DNA from: the human T2T-CHM13v2.0 reference genome, Homo sapiens
Assembly (NCBI RefSeq): GCF_009914755.1
Contig: NC_060947.1
Length of the DNA: 64,000 bases
Reading direction: 5' to 3' (one strand)
Positions 60,091-64,000 of the stretch are shown piece by piece (positions within the stretch are counted from its first letter, which is position 1; each line of letters begins with the position of its first letter). The notes below the pieces were generated by a model. It was not told where the DNA came from. It worked only from the letters and a program-made list of their open reading frames with translations, and ran no database searches. The position numbers and the translations under genes were made by a program.

Positions 60091-62734
60091 CTACCAGATC
60101 TCTTCCCTTCCTTTAACTTTCCATTTGTGTGATATATAAGAAAATGTAGTATTCTCCCCACCCCGCAACTTGAAATTGGTATAAAAACTGGTGGTGGTCA
60201 ATAAAAACAGAGAAGAAAAGCACCTTTCCATTTCTGTGAGGGGCTAATGCTACACATTAATTGTATGTGTGAGAAATGCTTACAGTAGTGATTCCTTTTC
60301 AAGGATGACAATGCATGAGCCTTTGATTTAGCGCTTAAAATATTCTAAGAATCTAATACTAGAATTACTATAATGTGTATCAGTGAGACCACATGATAAT
60401 AAAGGGATTTGTGAAATAATTCCATATTAATAGGCCAGATGACATTTACACATCTCACTTTAATTACTATGCTACAAAACTACAATGTTATTATCTCACT
60501 TCTTTTGTTCCAAACCACTGTTTTACTAGTTCTACTTTCATAATGTAGATTACTAATAACAATAATGAAAAATATAACAGTATTTTATGTTTAAGCAGTG
60601 CCTACATTTAAAGTTTTCTACAACTGCTTGAATAGTTATGGCATTCAAGTGACAGGTAAGGGACAGTTTAACAAAAGTAATGATAACAAAAGTAATGATT
60701 ATAATGGGTTTTGGTAGACTTTTAAAAAAATCTCTAAAGAGCTTGTTTTAGAGTCAAAGAAATGAAACAAGAGATGCTAATACACTGGAACCTGGCATTA
60801 ACACTTTCTGCTGGAGAACTAATCCAGTGCAGGGAAGCAGCTCCTTCTAGAGGAAGCTGGAATCTGTTTACGGTAGCTGGTACTGGCATGTGATATTTCT
60901 GGGGCTGCAAGACACTGAAGATCCAGGAGCTCCAACTGATCCTGAGTTCCAGAGGGTAGGAAGAGGTCTGACACAGAGCAGAAGCCAAGCCAGGCAGCCT
61001 ATCCCCTAGGCCGCTTCTTTTTCCATTACAACGGGCAGCAGCATTCCATTTATCTTATATAAATCTGTCCACTTAACATTCTCCTAGATCATGGCATGAA
61101 AAGTTCACTCTTCTACTGCAAAAATACTCACAACTGAGTTTGGGCACATGTTGGGTTTTTTATTTCCAGTGAACTCTACTCTAGAGGTATTCAGGAAATG
61201 ACCCTAGAGCACCTTTACTGAAATTAGGCTTCTGCCTTTTCAGGTACAGACGCAGGTAACACATATAAGGAGATATATAAATTATTTAGTCAGATTCGTG
61301 TGTGTGTATGTGTGCACTCACATGCATACATACATGAGAGAGACAGAGCGAAACACAGAAATACAAAGCGGAGAAAGACAACAGAGAGTGAAAACACAGA
61401 AAGTTAAAAAAATGGGCCATTTGCTTTCCCCAATTCTATAAACCTGTGGACTTTGAGAAATATCCACCACCCTCACCCGTGAATGTTTAACGGGGAAGGC
61501 TGGAAAGTAAGTTGTCTCCCCTTTGCTGGAGAAGACATCTCTTTACTGTCCAAACTCCCAGCTGTGCTCAGAGCTCAGGGTGAAATCCGATAGGCTGCCC
61601 AAGGTAAGTAAAGTTCTTCTGTAAAGTTAGTGTCTATAGAGGAGCCAAACAGAGGAGTAAACATATTTCTTCCTGGAGGTTTTCCTATGCTTAATGCACA
61701 TCCATCTCTGGGGAAAAAAAAAAAAAAAAAAAAGGAAATCCAGGACTCTTGAGAAGTTCAAGATTGGTGCAAAGAAATCCTGTGAAAGCTCATTAAAACA
61801 AGACACTTTGAAATATGAATGTCACCATCATAAAGTGAATCACATTTTCACAAGGGATATATAATGCTTACATGTGTAGCTATGTTGCAGTGAACAAGAC
61901 AACGGTTTCCTATTTACGACTAAACTGCCATCGCCTGTGATGCTGTTTATGATTATCATCTTATATTATGGCTCTACAGAAACCACTGCGGTGAAGCCTG
62001 AATCCTAAAAATGCAATGCTTTACGGGAGTGTTTGGCCACGTATCTAGCTACAATTCATAACTGAGCCCCTAGTAGCTTAAATTAAATTTGGCTTGCCTT
62101 GTATTTCCTGAAATACTGCAACATTTTATATTAATATTTTAAAAGGATTTTGATGACATTAAATTTTGAAATTGGCAAATTACAGTTCTTTATCAAAACA
62201 TGCAATTTAAATTTTCAAATATTTGTTACCTAAGTATCACTGTAGCTGAAAACACAACACAGTAATATAATATAAACCATGAGAATATATAAAAATGATG
62301 AATACTTCATAAGCTTTGTACAACCATTACCTATCTGAAATAATGTTCAGTTCTATTTTCAACAATGTAGACTGTTAAAGTATTTGCATGAGAATGCAAA
62401 ATGCATAAATTATCCCTGCAGGGAGCACTTAAAACTTAAGGTAATTATATAGCATAGAAGTGGTTTCAGATAACTCAAACAAAATAACAAATAATTCTAC
62501 AGTCACCCTTTAAAATGATTACTATTCTGTGTTACCAGTGATCTTGATCATTTAAAAATCCCTCCTTACAATTACATTCACATGATCAATTCGTACTTTG
62601 TTCTTTTACCATCAACCTCTTACAGCTGGCTCTGAAAATTTGCATGCTATAAAAACTGAACTAGTCAGCTAGTAGAGATGAATCCTACAGTTATATTCAT
62701 GCTGTGAACAGAACCGTAACACTCCCTTAATATA

Positions 62735-62940
62735 TCTTATCATTGCACTTTTATACTAAGCGTGCATCCAAATCAAGTCCTATTTTTTACATTCCTCCTG
62801 CTCAAAATCTTTTAATGGCTCTCTGCTGCCTACAGGATAAAATCTAAACTCCCTGGCCGGGCGTTCAAGGCCCTCCACAATCTGGCACCTGCTCTCCTAC
62901 AACTCTAGCATAAGATTCCTCAACTCAAGCCAGATTGGAG
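62735..62940 (+). mobile_element. L2 fragment
   Basis: ctcctgctcaaaatcttttaatggctc...caaggccctccacaatctgg. Confidence 0.75.
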
Positions 62941-64000
62941 AAATAAGTCCAGGATGAAAAGTAGGAGATATTTTTTTCTTATGAATGGAAAAATATCTCC
63001 TACAAACCAATTACTGTGCTTCAAGGGTAAGATAGTCTCTGTGGGTAGAGAGAGAATCATTAGGTCACAAGGAGTATGTAACTAATTCCTCCTAAATCTC
63101 TTTCTTATGTTCTGCAGTATTATTTTTTTTAAATCCTGAAAAATGACTTGCAGTTCTCGAACATCCCAGTTGTGTCATGTCATGCTTCCTCACACTGTGA
63201 TTTAGCAGGCAGTGCACTTGTGCAAGGCTGCCACTATGCACGCAATTCTTTGGGGCCAGTTGATAATAGGCACCTCTCCTTTTCACAGCGCACAGAGAAA
63301 AAGAATCAAACGTCAGCATGTCAGAAACCTCCAGGCTCAGCTTTGACAGGAATGCAAATGCACTTTACCATTGATTATTTCTGAAGACTTTTCACAGCAT
63401 CAAGGAAGAGGATAATGAAGTTGTATCTGAACAGAAGGAAGCTAAATTATTTATCTCATACTAATTTTTACCAGATGGCTGGTGAAGAAAAATCTATATT
63501 GGCAAATATGTTGTATATATTACCTTAAAGATAATCAAGGGGGCTAAAACTTTAAATGTCCACAATATATTTGCATTTAGTCTTAGCGCTCACATTGATT
63601 TCATGCACAGGTTCTTCTGAGTGCACGTGATTGGTATACAATAAATTGTTATCACCAAGTCATTATAAGTTGCATCATCTATTCATGAATCACATCAGCA
63701 ATTGGATTGCTTCTAATTTTTAAACTCTCAGATAAAATACATTTGGTATGTCATTACATGATGATGGCTACTATATCCCTCAACATCAGGAGGATACAAA
63801 CAACACTCCTTCCCCAAGAGAAAGAGAATATTGCCCTTCAGTGAGAACACAGTTCTCAGAATCAAACTCCCTCACTAAGCTTCAGGCAGAACTGGTTAAA
63901 TGCTGACTTCCAACTAAAATAAACACAGTCAGTTGATGGAAAGGTGATAACTGTAAGGGAGACAGGGTGTACCAGATATACATTCTTTTCCTCTCCTGCC

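Overview
This is primate (almost certainly human, X-linked) genomic DNA, not prokaryotic. The only real gene is the 3' end of FGF13 (FHF2) on the minus strand. It comprises a 199-nt coding exon (49951-50149), the last exon (CDS 47344-47480, TAG at 47344-47346), a ~1.27-kb 3'UTR ending just past an AATAAA at 46089-46094, and part of a large upstream intron (50150-64000). Positions 1-40300 are a dense nest of old LINE-1s interrupted by younger L1PA pieces, Alus, MaLR/ERV LTRs, L2 and MIR. Almost all other ORF-track entries are repeat remnants or chance ORFs. I found no evidence for a new gene or protein system. The most unusual signals are locally templated rearrangement scars: a nested double inverted duplication in an L1 (36.4-38.6 kb), an inverted copy of a nearby MIR inside an L1 (9.3-10.0 kb), an L1 deletion with serial templated copies (0.6-0.8 kb), and a collapsed 144-bp LTR with a hairpin junction (21.4 kb). 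There is also a candidate distal FGF13 poly(A) site near 41.55 kb. Repeat subfamily names come from recalled consensus sequences, and repeat boundaries are approximate.
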